A stretch of DNA of 64,000 nt from an uncultured Acidimicrobiia bacterium (GTDB taxonomy: Bacteria > Acidobacteriota > Terriglobia > Versatilivoradales > Versatilivoraceae), in NCBI GenBank assembly GCA_963786955.1, contig CAWBAT010000004.1, positions 544,001 through 608,000 of the forward strand. Reading direction: 5' to 3'. Below, piece after piece: positions 30,392-40,663 of this stretch. Within the stretch, counting starts at the first letter, position 1. Each line of letters opens with the position of its first letter. The position numbers and the translations under genes are program-made. Under the pieces are notes generated by a model. It had not been told where the DNA came from and searched no databases. It was given only the letters and a program-made list of their open reading frames with translations.

Positions 30392-32350
30392 TCATTGTCC
30401 TTTGCAGTTGTCGATCGGCAACAGCAGCGAAAAGGTACTTCCTCTTCCAAGTTCGCTCTCGATCTGCACCTTGCCGCCATGAGCCTGGACAATGCGCTGC
30501 ACCATTGCCAAACCGATCCCGGTACCTTTTACATTCGAACCTCTCGTAGCCATACCACGAACGAATTTCTGGAAGATCTCCTTTTGCTCTGACACGGGAA
30601 TACCCGAACCCTGATCACGGACTCGTATCGCCAAGAATTCCCTCTCTCGATCGACCGACACGGAGACCGCTGAACCCTCTGACGAGTACTTCACCGCGTT
30701 ATCCAGCAGGTTCCAAACGGCGAGAGCCAGAGCCTCCCGGTCGGCCTGCATAGGAGGTGATTTGCCGTTGGTACTGAGCTCAATGCTATGACGCTTGTTC
30801 CTGCCTCCCTCTTGAAACTCGGCCACAAGATTATGCAACAAAGCGACGGCGTCCACCGGTTCAAATTGGTACTCGAAAGCCCCAGCCTCCATGCGAGCGA
30901 AATTCAAGAGGCTTTCGACCAGCCGTTGAAGACGTTCCGTTTCGCGGGCAAGCGCTTCGTAATACTGCCGGCGGCGTTCCTCAGTGGGCACAAGGTTGCT
31001 TGCCAGAAGTTCTGTAAGATGACGGAGCGAAGTCAGCGGAGTGCGAAATTCATGAGAGACTGCCGAGACAAAATCCGACTGAAGAGAAGCCACGGCGAGT
31101 TCCCGCGCGACGGTCCGTGTGACGAAGTAACTGCCCGCCAACGCCAGGACTCCCATCATCATTAGACCCGCCAGCACCAGCCGTCGTCGGGCCGCGAATT
31201 GGGCAAGCTCTGGCTGCGGGTCAGCACTGGCTAGCTGCAGAGTCCAGGGAAGCCGAGTCTCATTGGTGGTACGAATCGCTTGCGGCTTTCCTGCGGCCAG
31301 CGCGTGACCAAGCACACTATGCCCATCCTTGTCGGTAAGCCGCAAGTCGACTCCCTGTTGTTCCCAGATGGACCGCCATTGTGATTTCAGATAGCCGGTG
31401 CCTGCAATTAACGCCACAAACTGGTCCCGAGTGCTGTGCCATATGAGCAAGAAGGGTAAGCCACGTACCCAAAGGCTGGCAAAACCTCCCGAACGCGTTT
31501 CATCGCGCTGCAATTCACGACTTTGTTCCCACAGCGACTCCACCGCGGCCGAGAACGCCAGACCTTGTTCGCGCCGATCTTGAAATTCAGGCCCTGAGGG
31601 TGCCCATCGTTCAAGCTGCTTTGAATAAAACTCGTAGGAAGCTCGATCGAGTGGCCAGCGACCGTGGTCCAGGTCAGATTGGAGTGCGGAGGCAGCCTGG
31701 CGCAGTTCAGCAAAAGATTTCAATTCTTCCAACACTGCACAACTTGCCTGCCGAGCCAGGAGTCCGGCAGGTATCCCCCCCAGGGTGGTAGATTCCATCT
31801 GGGCAAGCTCTTGGTACACTGCCAGTGCCTCCTTGAGCTGGCCATTCTTACGGAGATTGCGGGCAAGGCGCAGGAGTGCGCCCGCGCGTACGGCAGGATC
31901 CTTCGTGCGTGCTTGCTGAGTGAAAACCGCACTGGCCCCAGCATGATCCTGCTTTTGAAATTCAAGAACTTCTCCAGCCTGGAAAATGCTGCCAGACGCT
32001 TCTTTGGGCAGCGGTACAACGGGGTAGAAGAGCAGACGTCCTCTGGGATGAACTTGGATGAGTTCAGGCTGGAAAACAACGATCAATGCACCTTCGGGGA
32101 AATCCGATGGGGGTGAAATCGCCAAGGCAGTCAGCCGTTCCTCAAGATCCGTCAGGTGTCGATGAAGTTCGCCTGCAATCATATCTGCGGCATGGTCCAG
32201 CCGTTCTTGAATGCGCTGATTCTCAAGGGCGCGATCCTGCTCAAGCAGGCGCCAGCTCAGCCAGCCCAACACAGTTGCAGAGACAACTGTGACTGCCAGG
32301 AAAAGCGCCAAAAGAGGACGAGGGGGACGAAGCCATTCACGGAGCTGCAT
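30392..32350 (-). CDS. Sensor histidine kinase with TPR-like extracytoplasmic region
   Basis: Two TM segments; H-box VSHEFRTPLTS, N-box NLLDNAVKYS, G boxes DQGSGI and GTGIGL. Confidence 0.93.
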   Translation of the reverse strand: MQLREWLRPPRPLLALFLAVTVVSATVLGWLSWRLLEQDRALENQRIQERLDHAADMIAGELHRHLTDLEERLTALAISPPSDFPEGALIVVFQPELIQVHPRGRLLFYPVVPLPKEASGSIFQAGEVLEFQKQDHAGASAVFTQQARTKDPAVRAGALLRLARNLRKNGQLKEALAVYQELAQMESTTLGGIPAGLLARQASCAVLEELKSFAELRQAASALQSDLDHGRWPLDRASYEFYSKQLERWAPSGPEFQDRREQGLAFSAAVESLWEQSRELQRDETRSGGFASLWVRGLPFLLIWHSTRDQFVALIAGTGYLKSQWRSIWEQQGVDLRLTDKDGHSVLGHALAAGKPQAIRTTNETRLPWTLQLASADPQPELAQFAARRRLVLAGLMMMGVLALAGSYFVTRTVARELAVASLQSDFVSAVSHEFRTPLTSLRHLTELLASNLVPTEERRRQYYEALARETERLQRLVESLLNFARMEAGAFEYQFEPVDAVALLHNLVAEFQEGGRNKRHSIELSTNGKSPPMQADREALALAVWNLLDNAVKYSSEGSAVSVSVDREREFLAIRVRDQGSGIPVSEQKEIFQKFVRGMATRGSNVKGTGIGLAMVQRIVQAHGGKVQIESELGRGSTFSLLLPIDNCKGQ

Positions 32351-32378
32351 ACGGTTACACCTAAGACGATATCCACTA

Positions 32379-32431
32379 ATTATAGTCTCAAGTGTCAGCG
32401 ACGTATCATGGTTTTGTCAGCGTTGTGTCAG
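32379..32431 (-). promoter_or_regulatory. Kinase promoter with four 11-bp-periodic boxes
   Basis: + strand TGTCAG 32393, TATCAT 32404, TGTCAG 32415, TGTCAG 32426; perfect minus-strand TATAAT at 32379-32384. Confidence 0.7.
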
Positions 32432-32488
32432 GGGACGGTGCATTTCCCGCGCACTTGAGGGCCGGCGGGAACTTTAATTCTCAATTCC

Positions 32489-34237
32489 CTACCCGACAGC
32501 ATTTTGCTGCTGTTTGCTGAATTGCTGCAACCCTCGATATTTGAGAGCTTCGCATTCTCGAAAGACATAGCTCGGGCACTCCGCGCATCTCTCCACATCC
32601 ATCCGAGAAATGGCAAAATCCAGGGCGGGACCAGTACGGGCAAAGACGTTTTCGTTTCCGATCAGCGCAAGCAGGCCTGTTGACTCCAAAACCTGCGCGG
32701 GTTGGGGCTGAAGACCGCTGATCAATAATACAACCTTGTGTTTTTGACTATCTTCCAAAATGGAGCGCAGCGCTTTTTCTCCTGTCGCATCAATCACCGG
32801 AACTTTGCCCATTCTCAGGATTAGTGATTTCATCGTGGGAATATGTTCTAAGGTTTCCTGCTCAAATTTTTGGGCCGCTCCGAAGAAGATTGCCCCTTCC
32901 ACCGTCAGGATGGTGGTTTGAGGGCAATCGGCAGTTTTGTCATCAATGGCGCGAACCTTGCATTTCGGGTCGGAGGAATCCGGAAGCACCTTCTGAACCC
33001 GCTGGACGTCGCTCATCCGTTTGATAAAAAGAATTGCCGCCATCAACAGACCAAATTCAACCGCTACGGTCAAATCGGCAAAAACAGTCAGAAGCAAGGT
33101 AGTCACCAGCACGGCAATATCACTGCGAGTCCCTTTCAGGAGGTGAGCGATCTGATGGACCTCTGACATATTCCAGGCAACCACCATCAGGATTGGGGCC
33201 AGAGAAGCAAGCGGAATTCGGCCTGCCCACGGGGCAAATAACACCATGATGATCAGCAGGGTTGCCGCGTGCATGACTCCGGCAACAGGGCTATTACCAC
33301 CATTCCGGATATTGGTAACGGTTCGAGCGATGGCCCCTGTAGCTGGGATCCCGCTGAAGATCGGGGCAAGACAATTGGCGATGCCCTGTCCGATCAGTTC
33401 TTTATTGGAATCATGCCGCTCTCCGGTTTTCGAATCTGCCACGACGCACGATAATAAGCTTTCAATGGCGCCGAGGATCGCAATCGTAAAAGCTGGCTGG
33501 AGAACATGGAGAAAAGAAGTAAACGACAAGTCAGGGAATTTCGGCATAGGGAGCATTCTCGGGATGCCTCCAAACCGACTGCCAATGGTCTCAACATTCC
33601 ATCCCAACTCGTAAGCAATCACGCTGGCGGCGACCATGCCCACTAAGGAAGCTGGAACCCACTCCGTCAGGCGAGGGATGATGAGTACACATGCCAGCGA
33701 TATCAGAGCCGTCGCAACGGCATGGTGATTCAAATGCGGGGCATTGAGGACTGTCTCTAAGAAATTCAGATGGAAATGACTGTAACGAGCAATGCCAGTT
33801 AATCCCAGAAAACTGTTAATTTGTCCTGTGAAAATGAGAATGGCGATGCCGGCGGTAAAACCTGTCGTTACTGGAAAAGGAATGAAACGGATGATTGCGC
33901 CAGCGCGCAGGACCCCCATTGCAATGAGCATGAGACCTGCTAATAAGCCGGCCAGAAGCAAATTCTCTGTGCCATATTGAATGACGATCAAAGACAGGAT
34001 GGCGACCATTGCTCCGGTGGGACCGCCGACTTGGACTTTCGACCCACCAAAAATGGAGATAGCGGCGCCTGCGATGATTGCTGTAAAAAGCCCCTTCTCG
34101 GGGGTCACACCGCTGGCTATCGCAAAGGCCATGGCCAAAGGCAACGCAACAATTCCCACCAAGATCCCGGCAAATATATCTTTTTGCAGGCGGTTTGCGT
34201 TGTAGCCGGCCATTCGGCCGAAGCATTTCTCAAACAT
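32489..34237 (-). CDS. SulP family anion transporter with STAS domain
   Basis: VALPLAMAFAIASG, GGPTGA, ELIGQGIAN, ATGAIART; STAS motifs GAIFFGAA and IDATG. Start may be TTG 34252. Confidence 0.93.
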   Translation of the reverse strand: MFEKCFGRMAGYNANRLQKDIFAGILVGIVALPLAMAFAIASGVTPEKGLFTAIIAGAAISIFGGSKVQVGGPTGAMVAILSLIVIQYGTENLLLAGLLAGLMLIAMGVLRAGAIIRFIPFPVTTGFTAGIAILIFTGQINSFLGLTGIARYSHFHLNFLETVLNAPHLNHHAVATALISLACVLIIPRLTEWVPASLVGMVAASVIAYELGWNVETIGSRFGGIPRMLPMPKFPDLSFTSFLHVLQPAFTIAILGAIESLLSCVVADSKTGERHDSNKELIGQGIANCLAPIFSGIPATGAIARTVTNIRNGGNSPVAGVMHAATLLIIMVLFAPWAGRIPLASLAPILMVVAWNMSEVHQIAHLLKGTRSDIAVLVTTLLLTVFADLTVAVEFGLLMAAILFIKRMSDVQRVQKVLPDSSDPKCKVRAIDDKTADCPQTTILTVEGAIFFGAAQKFEQETLEHIPTMKSLILRMGKVPVIDATGEKALRSILEDSQKHKVVLLISGLQPQPAQVLESTGLLALIGNENVFARTGPALDFAISRMDVERCAECPSYVFRECEALKYRGLQQFSKQQQNAVG

Positions 34238-34391
34238 AAGGGGAAAGGACAAGAGCAGAACGACAGGAGAGGCGTAGTCTACATGCAGGCTACCGGGGGA
34301 GTTTGGTTAAGTCCCCATTGAACTGGGCAAATCCACTCTCTCTGCAGCATTACTTGCCGTGAACTGCGGAATAAAATTTTTCTTCGATAGC

Positions 34392-36878
34392 CTAATAAAT
34401 ATCAAAGTGTTCTTGAGACAACAGGGGATCACTCTTGATCTCAACTTCTTTCTTCAAGACCGATTCAATTTCGTTAATGACAGAGATTTCGCTCGTCTTC
34501 AATGCTTTTGCCACTTCCGGGTTGACTCGGACCGTAATTTCTTTGTTCTGGAGTAACTTGCCCATCTTTTTGGCTTCGGTTTGAATTTCGTAACAGATCG
34601 TCTGAGTGGATTTGACCATTCCCAATCCCATACAACTCGGACAAGGTTCGCACAAAGTTCTCATAATGGATTGCTTGACACGTTTGCGAGTGATGGCAAC
34701 CAAACCGAAATCATTAAATTGCAGAACTTTTGAAGGCGACCGGTCAATCCTTAGAGCCTCCTCCAGAGTCTGCGTCACCTTAAGCCGGTTTTTTCTGTCA
34801 TCCATATCGATGAAGTCACAAACAATAATCCCCCCTAGGTCGCGCAACCGTATCTGACGCGCAATTTCTTTAGCCGCCTCAATATTCGTTTTGACAATCG
34901 TATCCTCAAGCTTGTTAGATTTTCCTACATACTTGCCTGTGTTGACATCGATGGCGACTAACGCCTCCGCTTGGTCAATCACGATATAGCCGCCAGATTT
35001 GAGCCATACTTTATTACGTAATGCCTTATCGATTTCGCTTTGAACACCAAACTCTTCAAAAATGGGTATGTCTTTGGCGTAGAGCTTGACTCGATTGACA
35101 AGAGAGGGTTGAAAGCGGTTGATGAATTCGACGATCGTGGCAAACTCCAATTCGTTATCGACACGAATGGTCGCAAAGTCAGACGAAAGCTGGTCACGAA
35201 GCAGTCGCTGCACCAGGTTTAAATCACGGTGAATGATGGTTCCGGCTTTCTTTTTTTCGGTACGTGTCTTGATTTCGGCCCAAAGTGCGTAAAGAAAATT
35301 GATGTCGGAGACGAATTCGTCTTCCCCTTTCCCCGCACCTGCCGTTCGCACAATGAACCCACCGGGGAGATCACTCCGCCGATGTTGCTGGATAATTCTC
35401 TTCAGCCGCTGTCTTTCCTCGTCCGATTCAATTTTTCGGGAAACCCCAATATGGTCTACAGTGGGCATATAGACCAGATAGCGACCAGGCAGGGCAATAT
35501 GGGAAGTGATTCGGGCGCCTTTCGTTCCCAAAGGTTCTTTAGCGATTTGAACCAAGATTTCCTGTCCTTCCTTCAACAGGTCGGCGATCAACGGGAAACG
35601 AGATTCGCTCTCCTCATTCCGCTGTTGCACTTGTGGACCCTCCTGTCGTCTTCGCCGCTCATTCGGGCGTCGAAAAAATTTCGAGGTGCCTGGGCGACTA
35701 CGGACTCCGGCCTTTGCAGGAAGCGCATTGCGTCGCGCCTCCCGAGAAGTTGCCGGTGCTGTCGTAAGATTTTCAGGAGTATCCGGATCCGAAGTGGAAG
35801 AGCTTTCTGCATTTGGAAATTCGGTTTCAGTTTTTTGCAATTCTACGGATTTATCAGAGTCAACCTGGGAGGGTTTCAATTGAGAAGGGATATGGGCCGC
35901 CCCCTCCAGAGCGATTTCTCGTGCTTCAACCAGATCTTCTTCGGTTGCCTCTACGGGAGGTGTTCCATCCATTTCAATTGAGCGCTCGCGGTCCTGCTCC
36001 AATGAAGGCGATTCATGGGCGGAGAACGGTACAACGTCGGGGAATCGCATCGGGAGCAATGTCGGCTGAGCCGTTTCTGATTCCTCAGAAGTAAGGCTAT
36101 CCTGCGACACCCCACCTTCTTCTCCGGGGGCATCAGCGGCGTATTCCAGAGAATCGATTTCGCTCCTGGTTAGTTCAGGCAAAGTCAAATCATCTTGTCG
36201 GGCTGCTGCTCCCCCCTGTTGAGTAGCACCGGGGATGCGGTCAGCTACAGACCCCAATTTGTCAGCGACGATATTCTCCCCCAGAGAGGTGTCCTCATCG
36301 CTACTCGAAGAAACATTCTGGTACTTTGCCAAAGATTCCCCCGGCAAAATTGAAATCACTGGTTCCGGTAATGGCTGAACAACAGCAATCTCCAGGGGTA
36401 CAGAAGCGGTCGCTTCCACCGGAGCCACCGGAACGGGGTTCTCATAATGTTTCCCGCGTAAGCGATTCCTTCTGGCTCGTCGTGAACGGCCTCGACGATC
36501 CGCATTCCGAAAAAAAGTTGATGGGGGGCCGACAACCTCGGGTGAAACAATGGGTGGGTGGGGAGTGGCAGTAGCTGGGGTTATTACCGGCTTAGTTAAA
36601 TCCGCTATTTTCTCTTCTGCAGTTGAGACCAGCTTGTCATACTCTTCAGTATCTTCAAAAAAATCAGAAACATATAAAAATGCATCTCTTTCTAGCCCAA
36701 TGTCGACAAATGCGGACTGCATCCCCGGAAGGACTTTCGTCACTCTACCTTTACAGATTGCTCCAACAATTCCGTGTTCCTTGTCCCTTTCGATGTGAAT
36801 TTCGACAACCTGATCGTTTTCGATAATTGCCGCTTTGGTTTCCTGGGGGGTAATCGAGATGATTAACTCTTTTGACAT
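34392..36878 (-). CDS. Rne/Rng family ribonuclease
   Basis: VLPGMQSAFVDIG, KEPLGTKGARIT, IDVNTG, LRDLGGIIVCDFIDM, CPSCMG; long insertion in the S1 domain. Confidence 0.93.
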   Translation of the reverse strand: MSKELIISITPQETKAAIIENDQVVEIHIERDKEHGIVGAICKGRVTKVLPGMQSAFVDIGLERDAFLYVSDFFEDTEEYDKLVSTAEEKIADLTKPVITPATATPHPPIVSPEVVGPPSTFFRNADRRGRSRRARRNRLRGKHYENPVPVAPVEATASVPLEIAVVQPLPEPVISILPGESLAKYQNVSSSSDEDTSLGENIVADKLGSVADRIPGATQQGGAAARQDDLTLPELTRSEIDSLEYAADAPGEEGGVSQDSLTSEESETAQPTLLPMRFPDVVPFSAHESPSLEQDRERSIEMDGTPPVEATEEDLVEAREIALEGAAHIPSQLKPSQVDSDKSVELQKTETEFPNAESSSTSDPDTPENLTTAPATSREARRNALPAKAGVRSRPGTSKFFRRPNERRRRQEGPQVQQRNEESESRFPLIADLLKEGQEILVQIAKEPLGTKGARITSHIALPGRYLVYMPTVDHIGVSRKIESDEERQRLKRIIQQHRRSDLPGGFIVRTAGAGKGEDEFVSDINFLYALWAEIKTRTEKKKAGTIIHRDLNLVQRLLRDQLSSDFATIRVDNELEFATIVEFINRFQPSLVNRVKLYAKDIPIFEEFGVQSEIDKALRNKVWLKSGGYIVIDQAEALVAIDVNTGKYVGKSNKLEDTIVKTNIEAAKEIARQIRLRDLGGIIVCDFIDMDDRKNRLKVTQTLEEALRIDRSPSKVLQFNDFGLVAITRKRVKQSIMRTLCEPCPSCMGLGMVKSTQTICYEIQTEAKKMGKLLQNKEITVRVNPEVAKALKTSEISVINEIESVLKKEVEIKSDPLLSQEHFDIY

Positions 36879-37217
36879 TCAAAACTCCTCTATCCTGGAG
36901 CGCCGAGGAGCCAAGCAGTCGGGAAGGAATGAAACAATAAGTTGGACCAAGCAGGCCTTTCTTTTGGAGTGCCATAACGACTTGTCCAAGAAATGAAAAT
37001 TACACCGCTTTGTTGTTCACTGCCTTCCCCCCGGATGAAAAGACGACTCCGGAGGAACCGCTAGAGCTCTTGAGTGTTTCCAGAATTCTTGAAATATTTT
37101 GAGGCAGTGGCATCTAAAGCCTGCTGCCGTCATCCAAAAATGAATCTTTATGGTCTCCACGTTCCAAGACCATTCAAAGTGAAATTACTTCAATTCTTAT
37201 CGCAGGATTGAAAACGC

Positions 37218-38312
37218 TTAGTTCACATATCTTCTCATCCTGACGTTAATGATGAGACCCAAGAAAAGAAACGTTGAGAGAATCGCAGATCCTCCGTAAC
37301 TCAAAAGGGGCAGAGGGATTCCCGTGATTGGCATTAAGCCAACCACCATCCCCATGTTTTCCAGAATGTGGAAGAGCATCACACTGGTCCCCCCCACCGC
37401 AATATAGATCCCCAGTTTATCCCTTGCCGTCTGCGCAACATGAATCGAGCGCATGGTAATCAGAAAATACAAAAGCAGCATAGTCGCTGCGCCCACAAAA
37501 CCAAGTTCTTCTCCAACAACTGAAAAAATGAAATCGGTGTGGCGTTCGGGTAAGAATCCGAGTCTAGTTTGGCTTCCCTTTCCAATTCCCTTCCCCAAAA
37601 ATCCGCCCGAACCAAAGGCAATCTTTGACTGAATCGAATGATAGCCTGTTCCTTGGGGGTCTCTTTCGGGCTCCAAAAATGTATAAATCCGCTCCTTCTG
37701 ATAAACCTTTAAATTATACCACCCTAAGCCAATAACAATAACTGACAAAATAATGGCTCCCATGATCCATTTGGGACGAAGCCCGCCCAGAATAAGGCCA
37801 GATAGTAATATTGGGAAGAAAGTCAAGGCAGACCCAAGATCCGGCTGAAGAATGATAAGCAAGACCGGGAGCCCAAAAATGGCAGAGGCTTTTACGATCT
37901 CTTTTCCTGAGAGATATTCTGTTCGGATCTCACAAAGGAATCGGGCTAAAGCCAGAACAACAATGACCTTAACCATCTCCGAGGGTTGAAATTCAAACCC
38001 ACCTAGGGAGATCCAACTCTTACTCCCTGATATCTTTCGCCCAAACAGCAGGACCGACCATAGAGATAGGATTCCCGCGATATAGAAATAGGGGACATTC
38101 TCAGCCAGAGTGTGATAGTCAATACTCATTGCCAGGATCATCAGGACAAGACCGATGAGGATCCGGTAAACTTGCTTTAGATAGAAATTTTCCGCCCTGT
38201 CGTATTGAGTAGCGCTGTGAATCTCGACAACACCCACGAACGCGATGATAAGGGCCAGCAGGAAAATAAACCAATCAAAGTCTTTTAAATATAATGAGGT
38301 TTTTCCAAGCAT
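37218..38312 (-). CDS. rodA: Rod shape-determining protein RodA
   Basis: FQPSEMVK, LQPDLGSA, FLPERHTDFIF, GIPLPLLSYGGS. Confidence 0.95.
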   Translation of the reverse strand: MLGKTSLYLKDFDWFIFLLALIIAFVGVVEIHSATQYDRAENFYLKQVYRILIGLVLMILAMSIDYHTLAENVPYFYIAGILSLWSVLLFGRKISGSKSWISLGGFEFQPSEMVKVIVVLALARFLCEIRTEYLSGKEIVKASAIFGLPVLLIILQPDLGSALTFFPILLSGLILGGLRPKWIMGAIILSVIVIGLGWYNLKVYQKERIYTFLEPERDPQGTGYHSIQSKIAFGSGGFLGKGIGKGSQTRLGFLPERHTDFIFSVVGEELGFVGAATMLLLYFLITMRSIHVAQTARDKLGIYIAVGGTSVMLFHILENMGMVVGLMPITGIPLPLLSYGGSAILSTFLFLGLIINVRMRRYVN

Positions 38313-38315
38313 GTC

Positions 38316-40166
38316 TCAATGAGGCTGGGCCAAACTGACTTGAATCTCGTCCTTCCCCCTATTTTTCTTATCGTAATAAACCTTAAAAATGTCATGCAAA
38401 ATGGGTGCTGCGGCCTCTCCGCCATGCCCCCCGTGCTCAACGAAAGCCGCTCCGGCAATTTCGGCGGAATGTACAGGGGCAAAGCCGACAAACCAGGCAT
38501 TGTCCTCAAACTCTTCCTTTTTATTTCCTAAGGAAGCCTGTGCCTCTTTTCCAATGACCTGGGCGGTCCCGGTTTTGCCACAGACATCAAAACCCGGGAT
38601 CATGGCTCTGCGCGCAGTACCCCATTCATTGACAACTCCCCAAAGCCCTTTGCTGACAATGTCAATCGTCTGCTCATCCAGTTCAAAGCGGCTTTCGGTG
38701 GATCGGTTTACAGTCTTGCCCCACTTTGCTAACTCCTCACTGGAAACCGTATGGGGGGTATGTAAGATACCACCCACTCCAAAGCCTCCAAACGCTCGAG
38801 CGGTCTGGATAAGGGTCAGTGCGACATATCCCTGTCCAATTGCCACGGAGATGGTTTCACCGAGGTACCAATCTGCCTTCAAAACTTTCTTTTTCCATTC
38901 CGGGGAAGGAATCAACCCGGTATCTTCTCCAGGCAAATCGATTCCCGTTTTCTGTCCCAAACCCATCTGAGTAGCATAGTAAGCGATCTTATCGATCCCC
39001 AATTTCTGCCCCACGTGGTAAAAGAATACATTGCAGGAGTTTACAATGGCTTCATGGAGGGCGACTCTGCCATGACCTCCCTTCTTCCAACAGTGGAATG
39101 GTCGACCATAGAGGACTGTCGATCCGGAGCAAGAATCAGAGTACTCTGGGGTCAAAATCCCTTCTCGAAGCCCCGCAATGGTCATGATTACCTTAAAGAC
39201 AGATCCCGGAGGGAATCGGCTTTGAATTGCCCGGTTTTGCATCGGCTTCTTTGGATCAGAAATGAGGTCATCCCATTCTGTCTTAGATATCCTTGAGGCA
39301 AAACTATTAGGGTCAAAGGCTGGCCGACTCACCAGGCATAGGATTTCTCCATTGCGAGGATCGAGAGCCACAGCAGATCCAGCTTTTTCCTGAAAAGCAT
39401 TCTCAGCGGCCCGTTGTATATCGAGATCAACCGTCAAACGCAGATCGTTTCCCGGAATGGGCTCGATGGTGTCAAGGAGCTTAACCTCACGACCACGACT
39501 GTCTACGATGACTCTTTTCTGCCCGTCGATTCCTGTTAGAATTTGATTGTAAACGCGTTCGACACCCGCCTTCCCGACAATGTCACCGAGTTTGCTGTAA
39601 CTGAATTCCTCCGTCCCGATTTGTTTTTCAGAGATTTCCCCCACGTACCCTAGTAAATGGGCCGCCAACTGGCCTTCCCGATAAAATCGTCTCGGCTGGC
39701 GCGTCACATCCAGGCCCGGAAACTCCAGTCGATGAGACTCGAGGAACGACAAATCTTCTATGGTCAGTCCTTCTTTAATGGTGATGGGAAGATAGCCGGG
39801 TTGGTGGCGGTGGCGATCAATTTGAGTCTTAAAAAAACCAATGTCCAGTTTTAAGCCGGAGGCCAGTAACTCAAGGGAACCTTCAATGCCAGGAAGGTTT
39901 TCACGGGTAAGAGACACGGTAAACGAAGGGCGGTTATCGACAATAATCTGACCGTTCCGGTCGATGATCTTGCCTCGAGGAGCCGTCAGAGTGATGGAAC
40001 GAACCTGGTTCTTCTCAGCCTGTTCCTTGTAGTACTTGCTTTTGAGAATCTGCAAATTCCAGATCCCAAGAAACAGGAACACAAAAACAGCAATGGCCGA
40101 ATACTGAATAAAAGGTAATCGACCCAATACAAATTTCTTGTCTTCGTAAAAATCCTTGAGTCCCAT
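38316..40166 (-). CDS. mrdA: Penicillin-binding protein 2
   Basis: APRGKIIDRNG, PPGSVFK (SxxK), SCN, KTGTAQ; mre operon context. Confidence 0.95.
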   Translation of the reverse strand: MGLKDFYEDKKFVLGRLPFIQYSAIAVFVFLFLGIWNLQILKSKYYKEQAEKNQVRSITLTAPRGKIIDRNGQIIVDNRPSFTVSLTRENLPGIEGSLELLASGLKLDIGFFKTQIDRHRHQPGYLPITIKEGLTIEDLSFLESHRLEFPGLDVTRQPRRFYREGQLAAHLLGYVGEISEKQIGTEEFSYSKLGDIVGKAGVERVYNQILTGIDGQKRVIVDSRGREVKLLDTIEPIPGNDLRLTVDLDIQRAAENAFQEKAGSAVALDPRNGEILCLVSRPAFDPNSFASRISKTEWDDLISDPKKPMQNRAIQSRFPPGSVFKVIMTIAGLREGILTPEYSDSCSGSTVLYGRPFHCWKKGGHGRVALHEAIVNSCNVFFYHVGQKLGIDKIAYYATQMGLGQKTGIDLPGEDTGLIPSPEWKKKVLKADWYLGETISVAIGQGYVALTLIQTARAFGGFGVGGILHTPHTVSSEELAKWGKTVNRSTESRFELDEQTIDIVSKGLWGVVNEWGTARRAMIPGFDVCGKTGTAQVIGKEAQASLGNKKEEFEDNAWFVGFAPVHSAEIAGAAFVEHGGHGGEAAAPILHDIFKVYYDKKNRGKDEIQVSLAQPH

Positions 40167-40168
40167 AT

Positions 40169-40657
40169 TCAATCATTCTTAGCTCGGAAGAGCTTATCTA
40201 GCAAGTAAAACATCAGAAGTCCGATGCAGGCATTAAGCAAACTGCTCCATAAGAGCCGCTGCCAGTAAAAGATTTCACTCCGATCTAAGAACAATATTCT
40301 CAATACCAGCACCAGTAGAGAGCAGAGAAGGGAGCACCCAAAAAGCATAATCCATCGAGTCACCACCCGATCAACGGCGATGAAAACATTGGCCAGATAG
40401 GCCACGAATCCGACAGAAATTTTGGCAAAACCATTTACCCCGGGCAAGCCCGGGGAAAAACTGTCCTGAAGGAAGCCGACCGCGGTTCCAGAAATCACCA
40501 TCCAAACCAAGCTTTCTTCCGCCAAGGTCAAATAGAGGACGGCAAACAAAGGAAAGTCCAAATACAAAAATGGGAAATAGCGGTTTGCCAGAACTTGAGC
40601 AAAAACAGATGTCACAAGAAGAACCAATATTTGTACAATTCGAATAAAACTTGACAT
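40169..40657 (-). CDS. mreD: Rod shape-determining protein MreD
   Basis: Small multi-TM protein with GFLQD, between mreC and mrdA. Confidence 0.85.
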   Translation of the reverse strand: MSSFIRIVQILVLLVTSVFAQVLANRYFPFLYLDFPLFAVLYLTLAEESLVWMVISGTAVGFLQDSFSPGLPGVNGFAKISVGFVAYLANVFIAVDRVVTRWIMLFGCSLLCSLLVLVLRILFLDRSEIFYWQRLLWSSLLNACIGLLMFYLLDKLFRAKND

Positions 40658-40663
40658 CTATCC

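Noticed and set aside
34253-34391. Possible riboswitch upstream of SulP
   Set aside because: No match to fluoride, yybP-ykoY or glycine consensus that I could recognise.
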